NCBI GenBank assembly: GCA_028534125.1 | Contig: CM052837.1 | Coordinates: forward strand, 23,188,001 to 23,252,000 | Source: Lama glama | Taxonomy: Eukaryota | DNA length: 64,000 bases | Direction of reading: 5' to 3' | In this document: one piece after another, positions 1 to 14,249 of the stretch | Position numbering within the stretch: the first letter of the stretch is position 1 | Layout of the letters: the number at the start of each line of letters is the position of its first letter | Position numbers and translations under genes: made by a program | Notes under the pieces: generated by a model | Told to the model about the DNA's origin: nothing | Database searches by the model: none | What the model saw: only the letters and a program-made list of their open reading frames with translations

Positions 1-3000
1 CGTTTTTGCCATTTAATAAAATTCCAGATTTAAACCTTGCCTACCATATGTGAATGTCCAGATTTATAAAACTCCATAGGCAAAATATTGGTTGGGGAGA
101 AGACTGATCTAGCAGGTTTCAGGGTCAGTGGATTAGGGGGTCTCACTGGCTAAGACCCCTTGCTTTACCTGGCTCCTATAAGGTATCCCATTTATTTCTT
201 AGCAGCAGAAGGGGAAGTAGGAGGAAGGGAACTAATTTTGAGGGTTTTTTTTTGTATTGATTAAATCTGAATTTAATAGGAATAGAACAGATTTGTGAGA
301 GAACCAGAGACCAAGAAAGGAAATTTTTTTCTTTTTATATCTTATCTCCCATACTGCCTTGGTCCAGATTCCAGGAACCCCATTCAGGTGGTAATTGATA
401 TGCTAGTATGGATGTCACAGCTTGCCCTTCTAGAGACAGCTTAGACTCCATACGTCTGGAGTGTTAGGTCTTCAAGAGACGCTACAGTGTTATGGTTGGA
501 ACCAGATTGGTATGGAAGGGTATTAAGTGAAGAGGGAGGCTTTGGGGAGATTCTATACTCTTGAGCAGCTATGTTAAAAAAGAAAGCTGGAGTAGAAATC
601 AGAAAAATCTAGATAAGTCCCTGTTCTTATTGTGAAACTTGTCCTGTTCTTGCTATGAAACTTACCTTGTTTTCTCATCTGTAAACAAGGATGATATTTC
701 TATGCTTCACAAGCTATTGAGAATTAAATGAATATGTAAAGATGCCTCTCTGCCCACATTTTAAAATTGAAACTTTGATCAGATAGCTTCTATTCTGAAA
801 CTTCTTTATTTTGAATGTTAGTTTTGAAGTAGTGAGTTGATGATTGTTTTCTTCCTTCACTGATATTCTCTGTTAACATTTTAAATCTTCTGACATTTAC
901 ACAGTGAATAGTAGCATATAACTAGAGTTGGTTGAGTCTTAGCTAACTGAACTGCATAGCCTCCATGGGTCTCTTCTGACTATTAAGCAATCACTGTAAA
1001 ATAGAACGTGTTGTATCTGTATCTGGATTTGGGCTAAGTAGGAGCCAAATGTGTATATCTGGTTCCTACTTTTCTAAAAATAAGTCTAAGGCAAGGTGGT
1101 CACTGCTGAAAGACATTCCAGCAACAGAGAAGGTGGGTTTAGAAATGAGGGAGGCATATTGATGTGCTAATTTCTGAACCCTTTAATTGAATTACAGGTT
1201 TTCTATCAAAGTCACCCAGAGCTTTTATGTTTTTTATACCTCAATAAAAAAAAAGTTTTCCAGAGATTTACCTTTTAGATGCATTTAATCAGAGAAATGC
1301 CAAGTTCATTTTTTGTGATTTTTTTTTTTTAAACCACGAAACTGAGTATTGTCTTCTGTCAGCATATTTCTTCAAAGGGTACTACTATTACACTTCTCCC
1401 TCTAAACGTTTTTAAGCTGAGAAAACTTAAAGCACCTGAGAGTTACCGTAATTTTTCATTTATTCATGCAGTTACTTAAAGTAACCAACTCAACTTCTGT
1501 GAAATAGTAATTCTTGGGAATAAGTGCCTTAAATTAATAAAGTTTACGTATGAGAATTTGAGTAGCAAATTCCATGTTAACAGCTGTGCATGAGTAGGCA
1601 TTTGGAGAAATTTTTTATCAAGTCAGCAGAAATTTTAGTAATGGCTCATAAGTCTAGGTAATGCTGTTACTGAATTGCCTTGAATTTTTAATTTGGAAGT
1701 ACTACTTAAAATAAACCAAAGTTAGGGATGTGTTCACTAACGTACGTTAGATTAAGCCAGACAGATTTTAGTAGAGATCTTGTACCGTTGATCAAAAGGA
1801 TTATCAGAGAAGCATCACAACAAGAGCAGACTTTAAAATCAATAGTTAAAGGTAGGCCAGAGAAAATAGATTTTTAGGATCAGAATTACAGAATAGGGTC
1901 TAATTTTAAAGTCTTTCAAAGATAAAATCTTGAAAAAATAAGCTTCTGAGGAACATATGGTTCTTAAACTATGTGGGAAAGAGCCTGTGGGAAAGGGAGT
2001 ATTAGTACTGCGTGGCTGTACTGTCCTCAGTATGTGAGAGTCAAAAATAGGATTGGATTGAAAAGTCTTCAGAGCAAGGCCTCTTTCTCTTATACCATTT
2101 TCCTCTGATTCAGAATGTTAATAGTCTTGGGGGGGGGTCTCCCCTCAAAATCAGGCAACGTTAATATGGAGGAAAGGACATTGCAATTTGAGCTTTTGAG
2201 CTTCTCAATATTTAAGGTTTTTGAACAAGTTAATCTCTAAGCCTTAGTCTTTTGCTTATAAACTAGATTCTAATACTTCCCTCCCCAGATTGAGATTAAA
2301 TAGCATCACTTTAGGAAAGTTACAAACTGAGAACAAAATTTTGAATTCCTTGCCAGTCCTTAAAAAACCAAAACCACCCAAACACCCTTTCAAGAGATTA
2401 CTTCATTAATCTTTTGTACAAAGAAAACATCTTGAATTTGTTTAAATTTGGGTATTGTGAGATTCTACTCAAGAGGAAGGGTCACTAGGGAGCCTTGAAT
2501 ATGATAGCTGTTGCTGTGAATCTGAGATAGGTGGGCTCAGGAGGGTACTGACTTGCCTTGACTTTGTAACTGTATGCAAACCACTTTGTTTCTCATAAGT
2601 TAAATTATAGTTTAAGCATCTTTGGCAGTGGGTAACTTTCCCCTTTTTGCCCTTGGGATGGTGCAGTATTTAGAGATATACTTAGGAAGGTACAAGTTTC
2701 ATGTTTAATTGCAAATGAAAATTTTGAGCTGCCATATTCATTCATTCAAACATTCAGAAAGTAAATACCAGTTATGACTAGATAACAGATGAGCAAGACA
2801 AACTCACGGCTCTCAGAACAAACACTTTAAAGTTAGTGAATTTTAGGTCTGTATGCTTACTTCCTCTGTTGAGATTCCCTGTTTTTTTATTGGGCCTCAG
2901 TACAAAAGGCTCCTGTCATAACCAGGGTAAGTGGGGATGGAAGGTACTTTCTGGCAGTTAATGCTTCACTGTCAGTGAAAAAGAGTGGTCTCCACTGATT

Positions 3001-5018
3001 TCCAGTCCTAGGAGATTTTTTCCCCCTGTCTCCTTAAAAAAATTGGAAACCTAGATGTCCAAACTCATAACTGTTCTAGAAAAAGAAATTTTCACATACT
3101 TATAAGCTCACTAAACTTTTTCACCTGAAATAGAAGAATAAAAGTTCTGTGTGTTTTCCGTTATCTTTTGTTTCAGATACCTGTGTTGCATGAATTTTTA
3201 GAAAAGTAGTTTTCAGGTTTCCCTGAACAGATAGATTTGTCAGAGTGACTGGAAATGTTCATATTTTGTGTGAGAGATCAATGTGACAATTGCTAATTCA
3301 AGTATTTGCTTGAAATAGTTTAAATCCTTGAACTGAATTGCCTGCAATAAGGGCTGTGAAATCACTATCTTCATAAATTTGAAGAACTGGAGTCTTAGAG
3401 ATGAGACTCAGTACTTAAAGTCCAGGAAAACTAATTTTATTAAACAGTTGAATTGTATTACTGTTGTTACTCCTTCCTAATCCACGAAGTGTCTTGATAC
3501 AGGCAATACACAGAAGTTGTTAAACTCCTCAGGAAAGTTCCGAGTACATAGTGGTGTTACGTATAGTGATTTGAACACTAGAAAAGTGACTGAGGCAATG
3601 TTAGACTTTGTCTTATTCTTACAGTCGATGTGTTTTTGCAGAAATAGATGCAATGTCAGTAATTCTTGTTATTTAACATAAGAAATAAAGAAATGAGCCT
3701 CCTGGTAAATTGATCACATCAGGATGTATTTAATTTTTCGTGTTCTAGTTAACCAGGAAAGAAAACAAAAATGGGGAGGAGGAATACAAATTGACTAGTC
3801 TCTGCAGCTGCTGGTTGGCTTGTTATACTTGACTTCCAAACTGAAAGCTCTCTGAGGCCAGACACCCTAGTTCTGAAAAGTCTCCCACTTAGCTCCCTCA
3901 GTGTACAGACATCGAGGGCAGATGGGGTTGGCTCAGTGGAGATTCAGCTGGTGATGACAACCATAATTGATTACTTTTTTCCCCTTAAAAATCAAATCAC
4001 CTTCTTCTTCCCTTGAATGCAGTGTGATATAAAAATTAGTGCTTCCACAGAACTTTATAATCTTTTACAGATGTTAGCACCCCCCCGATCTCAGAATGTC
4101 AGGACAGTTGTCTGTTAGTAGTGTGCTTGTTTTCCCTGTGGGAGAATGGATTCTAGTTGGACAAACAGGAAGCTGAAAATCTTCCCTCTATAGTCCTGAA
4201 AATGTTACAGAACTTATTTAGGACTGGAGCTAATGTCTAGAATTTAGATGTAAGGTAATGTTTGTGTTGAGCTCAAATTTTTAGGGGAATAGTTTAAAAT
4301 TTTACTACAGTATAGTGAAATATGTCCATAAGTGACTGAAAACAGCGGAAATGTTTGCATAAAAAGGATTAGTGGAATATCAAACAGAATTCATACTGAT
4401 TGCACATATATAAATATGCATGCCAGTAGGTGCTGTTGTACAAAAGTGAAGATAATTTTGCCAAGTACATTTATTGAAAATTTGATTTTTTTAAGGCCTT
4501 CTGCAGCAGCCCTACTTTGCAGAAATAAAGTTCAGTGCGTGTTCTTCTCCCACAACTATGATCATATTTTGTTCTGTTAATATATTCTACTCTGGAATGC
4601 CTCCTCAATCTTTAGAATTTGATGCAGTTTACATAAGCCTACCCTCTCCATTTTACTACTCTTTTTTAGGAAGTCACTAAGTATTGTCAAGTCTTGAGGG
4701 CTAAAAACATCTCAGAGCCTGTTTCAGTATTGAAGGGCATAGTCACAGATACTCAGTTTTCCTTTCCAATGAAGTCTGTGTGAATCAATACTTAACCCCA
4801 AGCCAGAAGTAACCACTTTTCTCCTGCTTTCACTGAACTTTTATTGTCCTCTTCCAGCTGTTCATTTTAGGCTGGAGAAGTTCACGGGGTTTGCTTATTA
4901 CTTACTAGGAAATAGGCAAGAGCACTATCTCATCCTATATGGTCAATACAAATGCTTTCAACAGATGTTTATGTTGTGAAATGAGATCCCAAACATTGAG
5001 AGCTTTACATTAAGTTGT

Positions 5019-5205
5019 CATTGTTTTCAAGTTAATTTGCCCAGGAATTACCTGGGAGTGCTTGGTAAAAATACATATTCCTAGTCCTATGCCTTGAAGT
5101 TGATTCTGTATTGGAGCTGCTGGGGTATCTGTATTTTTAATATATCTTTAACAATCCAAAATGACTCTAATACAGGTGACCCATTAATCACCTTCGGAGA
5201 AACTG
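5019..5205. mobile_element. Degenerate MER5-like hAT-Charlie MITE
   Basis: gaattacctgggagtgcttggtaaaaatacatattcc...atctgtatttttaa...caggtga...gagaaactg motifs. Confidence 0.55.
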
Positions 5206-5725
5206 ATCTATCTGAACTATTTTATTTGGCTAAGACATATTTTGCTCCATTTCATTAAGGTACTCCATTGGTCCAGCTATTAAATTTACAGAATTTTTAA
5301 AACATGACCAGAACAACGTTTTCTAATATGTTTGTAGAAGCTTGACACTTGTCCCACTCTAATTAAATAAGTATTTTCTACTTTTCAACTAGCATTTAGC
5401 TAAATAGCAGAGATGGTTAACTGCCTTTGCAACTGTTTGAACTATGTGTCTCATCAGAATCCTAATCCTTTCTCCTACTTCCATGTTTAGCCATTATTTG
5501 ATACTGATGTCATCTTTTAGGATTGGGTGACTAAGTGGAGCACAAAGTGTGAAAAGTTTTATTCTAATATTCCTAGGATGGTTAAAGCAGGGCTATAGAA
5601 GGTTAAGTGGAGAACAGTTTAGTGGAATGCTGAGGATCTAATCTGTGGAGGTTACTACTTTTAGATTAAATTAGGGTTCTTTAGCTACTGACAGCACTAA
5701 TTGAAATGGGACGATTTGAACAGAG

Positions 5726-5906
5726 TACTGGTTCTTAAAGTGTGATTTCCTGATTAGCAGCATCAGTATTGTCTGAGAACTTGTTGGAAATGGAAATTCT
5801 AGGGCCTCATCCAGACCTGCTGGTTCAAACTCTGGGAGTAGGGGCTCAGCCATATAGGTTTTACCAAGTCAATCAGGTGATGGATACACACTAAAGTTTC
5901 AGACCC
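5726..5906. mobile_element. MER5A-like hAT-Charlie MITE
   Basis: tggttcttaaagtgtg...cagcatcagtattgtctgagaacttgttggaaatggaaattctagggcc...ccagacctgctg...caggtgat...ctaaagttt. Confidence 0.8.
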
Positions 5907-7315
5907 AATAGAATAGAGTAAGATTTGAAGTTTAACTCTTCCTGTTGAGCCTCCTATTTTTAGGAGGAATGAAAGACAGTTGACAAAGTCCATATGCTCA
6001 CCAGTGAAAAACAGACTTTGGAGTTAGATAAACTTGGGTTCAACTCTTGATGGTTGGGTGGCCTTGAGCAGATCACGACTCTGATTCATTTGAAACCTAT
6101 AACTAGTTCTGTAGTAATTCAACTTCTTAAACAATGTTCCTTGTTTTTTCACCAGGCCCATGGCTGGGCCTCAATACTTGTTCAGTACTTGCACTTCCTT
6201 ATAGTTATGAATTTGGAGTAATTCAAAATGAAAGCATAAAAAGGAGCCAATTACATGATTAGAACCAGAAAGGCTTCTAAACAACATATATGTATTCAAG
6301 CTTAGACTTTTCTAAGTTAGTTACCCAGAGAATGACCCGAGCATTTCAAGCACAATCAATAGTGATATTCTAGACAAAAGGGCCCCCTGGTTGAATTAGT
6401 ACTAGGATGCATGAAGCAATGCATGAAGCATGAAGCAATGCATCAACACACTTTTACCTTTTTGGCCAGACAGGGTATGGTCTTGGGGCAGTTTGAGGCC
6501 CATGCCCACTGGAAACAACTGCAGCTTAGGCTGAACTGGTGGGTTCCTATGTAGCATAGGCAGGAGATTTACAGTCACTTTCACTACTTCCCAGGCATTA
6601 AGGGCTCACTTAATAGAAGCAAAGGAGGACAAGCCTGCGGGAATGGGCCTGTCCTAATTGAGCTGGCCTGAGAAGGTACATTTTCAGGTTAGACAAGTCC
6701 TTTTTCTCTATTAAGTTTTGCCTCCTGGGAAAAGAGCATTTTCAGTGCAGAGATGTCCTTCTGAAAATGTTAACCCACTACAGAAGAGTATGTGAAATGC
6801 AAAGGACCATCTTAAGGATCTTGTACTGGTTAATTACTTTCAGAGGCAAAAATTTTTAAAAATTCCAACTTTGTCTTGTATTTAGAGAACAAAGATGAGT
6901 TAGTAAAATGGGATTTGCTTGCCATACTCCTGAGGCTTAAAATAATTGCTCTATCTAATTCACTTATATCTCAGTGGACTAATATAATACCTTAGTTGAA
7001 ATGTTCTATGGGCAGCACTCATTGAGGCTCTGATTCTCCAGGAGCTCTGCAGAAATGGCCTGCTTTTGAGATGGCAGTTTAGCCAGGCAAACTTTGGCTG
7101 ACCTTAAGGAACTACATAGGACAGTGTCTTGCCATGTAGGGAAAAGCTCCCTGACTGGGCTCCAGCAGAGGAGTTCCTGGTGAAGTGGAGAGTGCAAGGC
7201 AAGGCAGTCTCAAGCCTGGCTTTGTCAGCTGTGACGAGAGCAGATCATACAACGCAGTACCTCATGCTTCCTACTAGTAAAAGGAAGTTGTTGACCTGGA
7301 TCCAAACTTTTCAGT

Positions 7316-7516
7316 CAGCACTGTCCAGTAGAATTTTCTGTCATGATAGAAATTGTTCTGTATCTGTGCTGTTCCATATGGTAGCTGCTGGCCATGTGAG
7401 ACTGCTGAGCCCTTGAAATGGTGGCTAGTGTGGCCAAAGAACTTTGTTTTCAAATATTATAATTTAAATTTAAAATAGCTACATGTGGGTTGTGACTATG
7501 TATTGAACAATATAGC
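7316..7516. mobile_element. MER3-like hAT-Charlie MITE
   Basis: gcactgtccagtagaattttctgtcatgatagaaat...ggccatgtg...gtggctagtg...aatttaaatttaaaatagctacatgtg...attgaacaa, followed by a ctctaga target-like sequence. Confidence 0.85.
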
Positions 7517-9409
7517 TCTAGATGAAATTTTAGATTAGAGCAAAGAGATTCAGGTATAGCTTTTGCTTGGAATATGGATAGTTGGGAGTTCCTGAAACTT
7601 TCAAATGCAAAACAGGTATGAATTTGTGTTACGAGTTTGAATAAAGGAACTCCTTCTGTATGTCTGCATTACCTTATCCTGGGTAACATGCTAAGAGGAC
7701 TTATGATTTACCAAAATCATTTACCAAAGCCTTTGGAAAGTTCAGTTTTCCATTTTCCTTGACCTCTTTAGTGCTACACAGAGATGAACATTTAAAGTCC
7801 TTTGAATTGAATTAATTTTCATTTTTATCTCAGCAGCCCTGTGAGATGTCATGTCTATTTTGTAGCTGACAAAAGAGATTAACTTACATTTATATATACC
7901 TTTATGGAACAGTATACTTTAAAATGGTAGGTTTTAGTTCACAACTTCATTTGAAATTGCAAGTATTTAGCATGTTGCTATAGCAAGAGGTTAATTCATA
8001 CTTGTTAAATTGTAGTCAGTAATAAGTAACCATAGAATGTAGTATATTATAAGTGGTAGAGAATCTAAGATTGTCTAGGCAAGCATGTAGCACTCAAGGT
8101 GTTAACTCATCCAAGGCGTTACTTATAGTAAAAGCAGATCAGCTTCTGTTCCCTACCTGGGACCTTCCTGTCATTTGTAAGCTCACAGAGAACATAGTTA
8201 GTGTAGACTTATATAAGTAATCTGGCCCACAGTTAACTAGACAGTTAGCTAGACAATTTTAGTCTGATGGAACAAAGTGGGATCTTGTAGCCTTGTAGCA
8301 TGTAGTGAACATATGAGGTCTTAGAAAACAACTTGAATAGATTGCTTAAAGACCAGGAGCAGGTCCAATTTCCTTCAGCTTTAGCTTCAAATTATGATCA
8401 GTTATTTTTGGGGTGGGAAGACGAAATGGGATTGGGATAAAATAAATAGCTGATTTTTGAATATTTACTGTTTTCACTTTACTTTTGAAGAAACTGGGGC
8501 TCAAGGCTATGTAGTTTGTAAGTAAGCCATAGCGCTGGGAGGCTGATCTAGGCCTGTCTGATGCCATAGCCTGAATTTGTAAATGTGATGCAAAACAAGG
8601 TAAAGAGGAGCCTGGGTGACTCAATTGCCTCCTGGGAATTTTGGGTTGTAGTGGAGTGACCCATGTAGTATCAGACCAAGGGCTTTCGTTTCTTAGAGCA
8701 CTTGCCTTCATTTACAGTGGCTCCTTACCAGACCGATTATCATTGACTAGTAGGCTCTGTTGCACTTTAAACTAGTATGTAATCCTTTCCCTGTTAAGGA
8801 AAGCTTGCCTGCTTGTGCAGCAAAGACTCCTGGATAAAAGTTTTAGCAATTCAGCTTGTACTTGGAGCCAGTTACTCCAGAAATCAGTAAAACTTCTCTA
8901 TCTGAGTACTCAAGAAAAAGAATGTTTTTGTTAACCAGAGATTAACTGGGACCAGGCGCCCCCCCCCCATTTCAGAAGGATCTCTGAAGTCTGCGTATTT
9001 ACTAAGGAATTTCATTGGAAGTGGTTAGGAGTATGTGAACAAGCATGATGTTGTTCCCACTTCGAGGAGGATAAGTAACAAATTTAACTAGCTTGCTGCT
9101 TAAGAAGCAGAATTAGCAGTGGGCTCAGTCTTGGCCTCCGCTTCAGAGATCTCGTTCTTGTGACTGACTCTGTCTAGTTTTTGCAGAGCAAGTAGATTTT
9201 AACCACTTTTAAATCAAGTTGATTAATGGTCATTCATGGGCTGTTTGAAGGGAGGAGAGAAGTGGGAGCCAGGCTGAGCATGAATATTGTTTGGGAGAAA
9301 GCCTTAGGAATGAAGCAAGGAGGATATTCTTCACTTACACACTGAGCTTCAGAAAGGCACCTCTCTACAGGGGCATTGAAGATACTTTCTAGTCACTGTT
9401 AAGTAGTTG

Positions 9410-9790
9410 CAGGGTTCTGCAAACTGTGCCTTTCGTATGGCCCATGAACTGTGAATGGTTTTTATGTTTTTTTATTGGTTGGGGAAAAAATTAAAAATAT
9501 ATATTATTAAATATACCTGGAACTAATATAATGTTATATGTCAATTATACTTCAATTTTTAAAAAGGGGATATTATTTCATTACACAGGAAAATTATAAG
9601 AAAGGCAGATTCCAGTGTCCATAAATAAAATTCTATTGGAATGCAGCCATGCTCATTCAGTTACATATAATCTTTGACTGCTTTTGTACTACAGTGGCAG
9701 AGTTGAGTACTTGCAACAGAGATTCAATGGGCCACAAAACCTAAACTATTTACTAACTATCCCTTTATAGAAAAATTTTGCTGACCCCTG
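9410..9790. mobile_element. MER58B-like hAT-Charlie element with a nested L1 3' tail
   Basis: Termini cagggttctgcaaac...ttttgctgacccctg; internal cagtgtccataaataaaattctattggaa...gcagagttgagta...acctaaactatttacta. Confidence 0.85.
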
Positions 9791-11367
9791 GATTGGTGAG
9801 TAGTGCCATTTGCTTATCTGACCAGTTGGCACTTGTGTGTATCACAGGAAGCTCATTGGACTCTTTTCATATAACTTGGTAGCCTTTAGATCCCAAAGGA
9901 CTCCATCTGTATAAGCCAAGTGTCAGAATTTTACTGTGACCTTGTAGCTTCATTGTCTTATTCCATCTTTTTTATATTCTTCTTCCCAACTGAGTCCCAT
10001 TGGCGGGACTCAAGTTACCTATCCCTAGGCATGACTCCAAACAACAAAGAAAATTTCTTTTCTAAAGGACCTTTCTATTCTAAAACTGTGTTACCCCTTA
10101 TGTAGCTCTTCTTTCTTTCTCTCAAATAGGGGCTGGGATAGTAGCAAGTGATCCCAGGGACTCAGCACCTTGTGCCTGCCTTTTAAAGGAACAGAGACCC
10201 AGTTGAAATAGAAACTGAAAATAAAATCAGTAGCATGTCCATAATTGCAGGTGGCTGGTGTTTGGTATTAATTCCTGCCCAGAGGACCAAGAAACAACAG
10301 AGCAGTGTTTTTCAAAATGTGATTCTGAATTTTAGTTACCTGGAGAGCTTGTATTAAAGTAACACATATCTGGGGACTATCTTATTCCCAGGTCTTACAC
10401 CCAAGAACCATTGCTGTCAAGCATTTCAGTTTTTTTCTTTTTACCCTAATCTGTTTGAACTGGAACATTTTAAATGTCATAGAATTCTTGTGACTGGAAT
10501 TGTAAGGGATCAATAGAGGTTAATTTACAGATGAATAAACTGAGACCAGAGCAGAGAAATATATTACCCAGGACCCTGTCATGACATTGCATGTTTTTTT
10601 ATTTTTAATGAATTCAATTAGTCCCTGGGAATGAGAACCAGAGGAAGAGAGAAAGATGAACTTGAATTTAAGGAGCGTAATGGAAGGAGTAGGATAGGAG
10701 AGAAGGTTGTAAAACAAGTTAAAATAGGTTGCATAGACAGGAAGGGGCTGAAAAGACAGAGCAAGGTAATTGTAGTGTTGTAAAAGCATAAAAGGAGTCA
10801 AATTTAAATGCGGAAGTGGACTGGAAGAGAAAACATCCTATGACCATTTAACTCTTTTTTTGTACGGGATTGAGTTGGTTGCTGATGTTTAAGAACCAAG
10901 GTAGGTTAACATAAGTGATTTTAAGCCAGTTTGTGGAATTTCTTCTGAACATGTAGACACTTGGGAAAGTGTTGGGATAGGTTTTAGAAATTTGAAATTG
11001 TTGCAGAACTGAAAAAAATAAAATGGAAAATGCTGGACTTCTATCTTTGAGCAACTCTTGCTAAGTTTCTGATGATAAAATTTTACCAAGTATTGAATAT
11101 TGAGAAAAAAACTTAATCGCTTTGCAAAATACTTGACAACATTCATCTTATTGTTTGACCCTGTCTTTGACTTGGCCTCCGTAACTTCTTGTGAAGGTCT
11201 TTTCCACCTGCCAGCACTACAGTCTGATTCTGGAACTTCATGGTGCTAAGTTCAAGGAAACTTGGGTGTTTAGGTAGACCCTTTCCTCCCTCTCTGTATT
11301 CAGAGTTACTCATTTAACAGCTGCTGCTGTTGTGAAGGGTTGGGGTGGCTGTTATACTTATTATGGG

Positions 11368-11469
11368 ACTTCTTGAGGGCAGAGAATTGGTATTATTTCC
11401 TACTGTATTTCCATGCCTGGAACAATGCCTGGCATAAAGTTGGTACTCAAGAAATAATTGAATGAATGA
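11368..11469 (+). mobile_element. L2 3' end
   Basis: cttgagggcagaga...tgcctggaacaatgcctggcata...tactcaagaaataattgaatgaatga. Confidence 0.75.
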
Positions 11470-14080
11470 CTATTGTAAACCCTAACTTCCTTAAGGAGAG
11501 ATGAAGAAATACACACTTTCTTCTGCCACCTTCTCAGCTGGGAGTTGTTTTTTTGTGTTACTAGCTTGAGAGTACTAGGTCCCTAATGGGGACACCCCAT
11601 TCATTTCAGTAATGAACAAGTATGTTCATGACAAAAGATTTTTCTTGTATATAGCACACATCTAGGGAGAACAAGTGATGATTTAGACTTTAAAAATTGG
11701 AAATGTTACTAATGTCTTCTCTCATTTTTGAGTTTTGAGGGATTTTCTTTAGAGCTGGATCCTTCCAATATTTTCCTTTTAAATTCCAGATCTCTTTGAA
11801 CTTTCAGCCAGAACACCCTCTGTCCTGCATGCTTTGAAAGGCTATTAACTGTGCCCTGGAATTTTGGAAATGTTCTCAATGAGAATCGCTGTAAAATAAT
11901 GATAAGGACTCTTCTGTGGGCTACAAATTGAAATCAGCCACCATTAAGATGGATCACAGGCTGAGTTTCCTGGATTGAAACTAAATCAACATATTGGTAA
12001 AGTCTCAATTTAGACAGCTGTGTAGGGGGAGAGGGAAGGGTAGAGATCTTTCATCCCTTAACCCATCCCCCTTCCAGTGACAGGGTTTCAGCCTTCCTGA
12101 CTGCTTTTAGTTTGGCATTAAGTTCCTGGGGAGATTTGCTCACCCTTGATACTGACCACACTCCGGATGCCAGTCTTTATCATTCAGGCCAGCTTGTTAT
12201 CTGTCCTAGACAAAAACAGTCTTTAAAAGTGTTAGAACATACTGGATGTAGAGTGTTAAGTAGAAAAGTGAAATTTGTTTAAACTACAGCTTCTGGGGAT
12301 GTAGCATCCATGGGTTTGAAGGTCAGGGAGGAAGAAGATTTATTCCAGTAGAAGTGATTTAATAAATGAGCATGTGATAAATATCTTCTTTAGAAAATTA
12401 ATTTCTTTACCCAGTGTTTTTGCCTAAATTGTTCTAGTGTCCTCGTTCCTAATGCGCTGGCTATATATTTGTGTGTCAGAGTTGAGCAGAGGTTATCTTT
12501 GACAGTGTGGTATTGTGAGGGCCTCTTTGGGCAAGGCAGCTTTTGGTTGAATTAACTATTACCTACCCCCATCCTCTACACACTTGACTATCTTTGAAGG
12601 AGCCCATCATATTATACTGCTGCTGCTTTAAGTCTCAAAACCTGTTGTCAAAGTCAGTGTGAAGAGGTCTGCCTCAAAACATGGCAAAATACCCTTCTTT
12701 ATACCAGAAAATTCTCTGCGTTTCTAAGGAAGCAAAGGACTCTTCTCTCCTGCCTCGATCTGATTACCCTAATAGTTTAGAAAAATAGTGGAGTGGTAAA
12801 ATCGTTAAAGGTGTTGGAGTAGTTGATCAAATGATCAGTAATCTTTGCCAGTTTCTTAGTCTTTTCTCTCTTTCTTAAGCGTAAATGTTTGTGCTTGGGT
12901 TGAATTGTAGTTGCATTAGTGACCCTGGGTGGAATAAGCTTGGCAACACTGTTAGCCACACGCTGATTGCTGCTAAACTCATGCAGATGTTACTACCTGA
13001 GGGTGTTAACTGGTGTTATCTGAGCATCCCTTAAAACCTGTAGGTTTTTTAGGCTTCTCTAGGATTGTTAGAGCAGGCCAGCAGTTTTACTTGTTTCTTC
13101 ATAAGTACTTTTCTTTCCTGGACTTTTGTCATTGGCTGTTCAGGTAAGGTGAATGGGTGTGGCTGCTGCCTTAAATGCATGTATAAAACCTGAACCCTAA
13201 GTTATTTGGAAAGATTGGGTAGGCTCATTTCGGTTCTATGTAAATTAACCGTGAAGAGGGTTCAGTAACAGTTGTACTTTATTGACAGTTGTCAATATGT
13301 TTGCGATTTTGTGGAGATTAGCCAGGAATTCCATTAAAACCATACACAGAATTTGATTGATTCTTGAAATAAAATTCTTTAAAGTCACTTAAATTTGATG
13401 AACTCCAGTTTCATCTGTAACAGGTGAATTCATCAAGATCACAGGTATCAAGTTAATGATGAAGAGAATTGAAACTTTTATTAATCACTGACCTATGCTG
13501 CCTTACAGACCTAGTAGTTAAGTGACATTTACCCAAGTTCGTACAGTAAGTGGTACAATAAGAATTTGAATTGGATCTTTTTCACTGTTGAACCAGCCTG
13601 CTTCCTCTAGCTTCCTTCAGAGGTTGTTTCCAGCATTCTGTGTTTGTCTGTAATGTCTTTACTTGTCCTTAGGTTTTAACCATGATCTTTTGTGCTAAAC
13701 ATACTTAACAGACTGTTTTTCGGACTTGGCTTCCTTTTTCATGTAATTTGTACATGTGCCTGTGAGAGTGAACTGTTCACCTGATGCCTGGTTTGACCCT
13801 GATTTGGCTACTTGGGCTGGCTCTGTACCTGGTTTCCAAACTGTCATGATGGGATTAGACCAGCTTTCAAGGACTTTATAACAGTTGGATCAAATTTTGC
13901 TGGACTTACTTGATAACTGACGTTTCTTATGCCTAGGTGTTTTGGTTGTTTCCTTTCTAAGCAGAGGATTAGGACTCTAAAGCTAAAAGCAGTAAGAGTG
14001 TATCTATATCTTTTTTAAGAAACTGTTTTGGGGACACATGGCTTTAGAGAGAGGCAAATTAAATATAACTCTGGGATTTT

Positions 14081-14249
14081 CTTTTTTTTTTACTTTTTAA
14101 ATAATTTATTATTGTATTATTTATTATTTTATTTTGGCAGCAGGGGGAGGTAATTAGGTTTGTTTATTTTTAGAGGAGGTACTGGGGATTGAACCTAGGA
14201 CCTCGTGCATGCTAAGTATGTGCTCTACCACTTGAGCTATACCTTCACC
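14081..14249 (-). mobile_element. tRNA-derived SINE, camelid Vic-1-like
   Basis: The minus strand reads ggtatagctcaagtggtagagca (A box)...ggttcaatcccc (B box)...cctaattacctcccc...A-rich tail. Perfect 12-bp TSD ctctgggatttt at 14069-14080 and 14250-14261. Confidence 0.9.

Noticed and set aside
1243-3180. Intronic polyadenylation signals (AATAAA at 1243, 3138 and others)
   Set aside because: AATAAA is very common at this AT content and cannot be called without 3'-end data.
8950-8970. CTCF-like ggcgcccccccccc
   Set aside because: It is a C homopolymer lacking the CCAS-YAG half of the motif.
14170-14249. tRNA gene
   Set aside because: The tRNA-like head continues into a SINE body, A-rich tail and TSD. 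The same applies near 22.9 and 61.6 kb.
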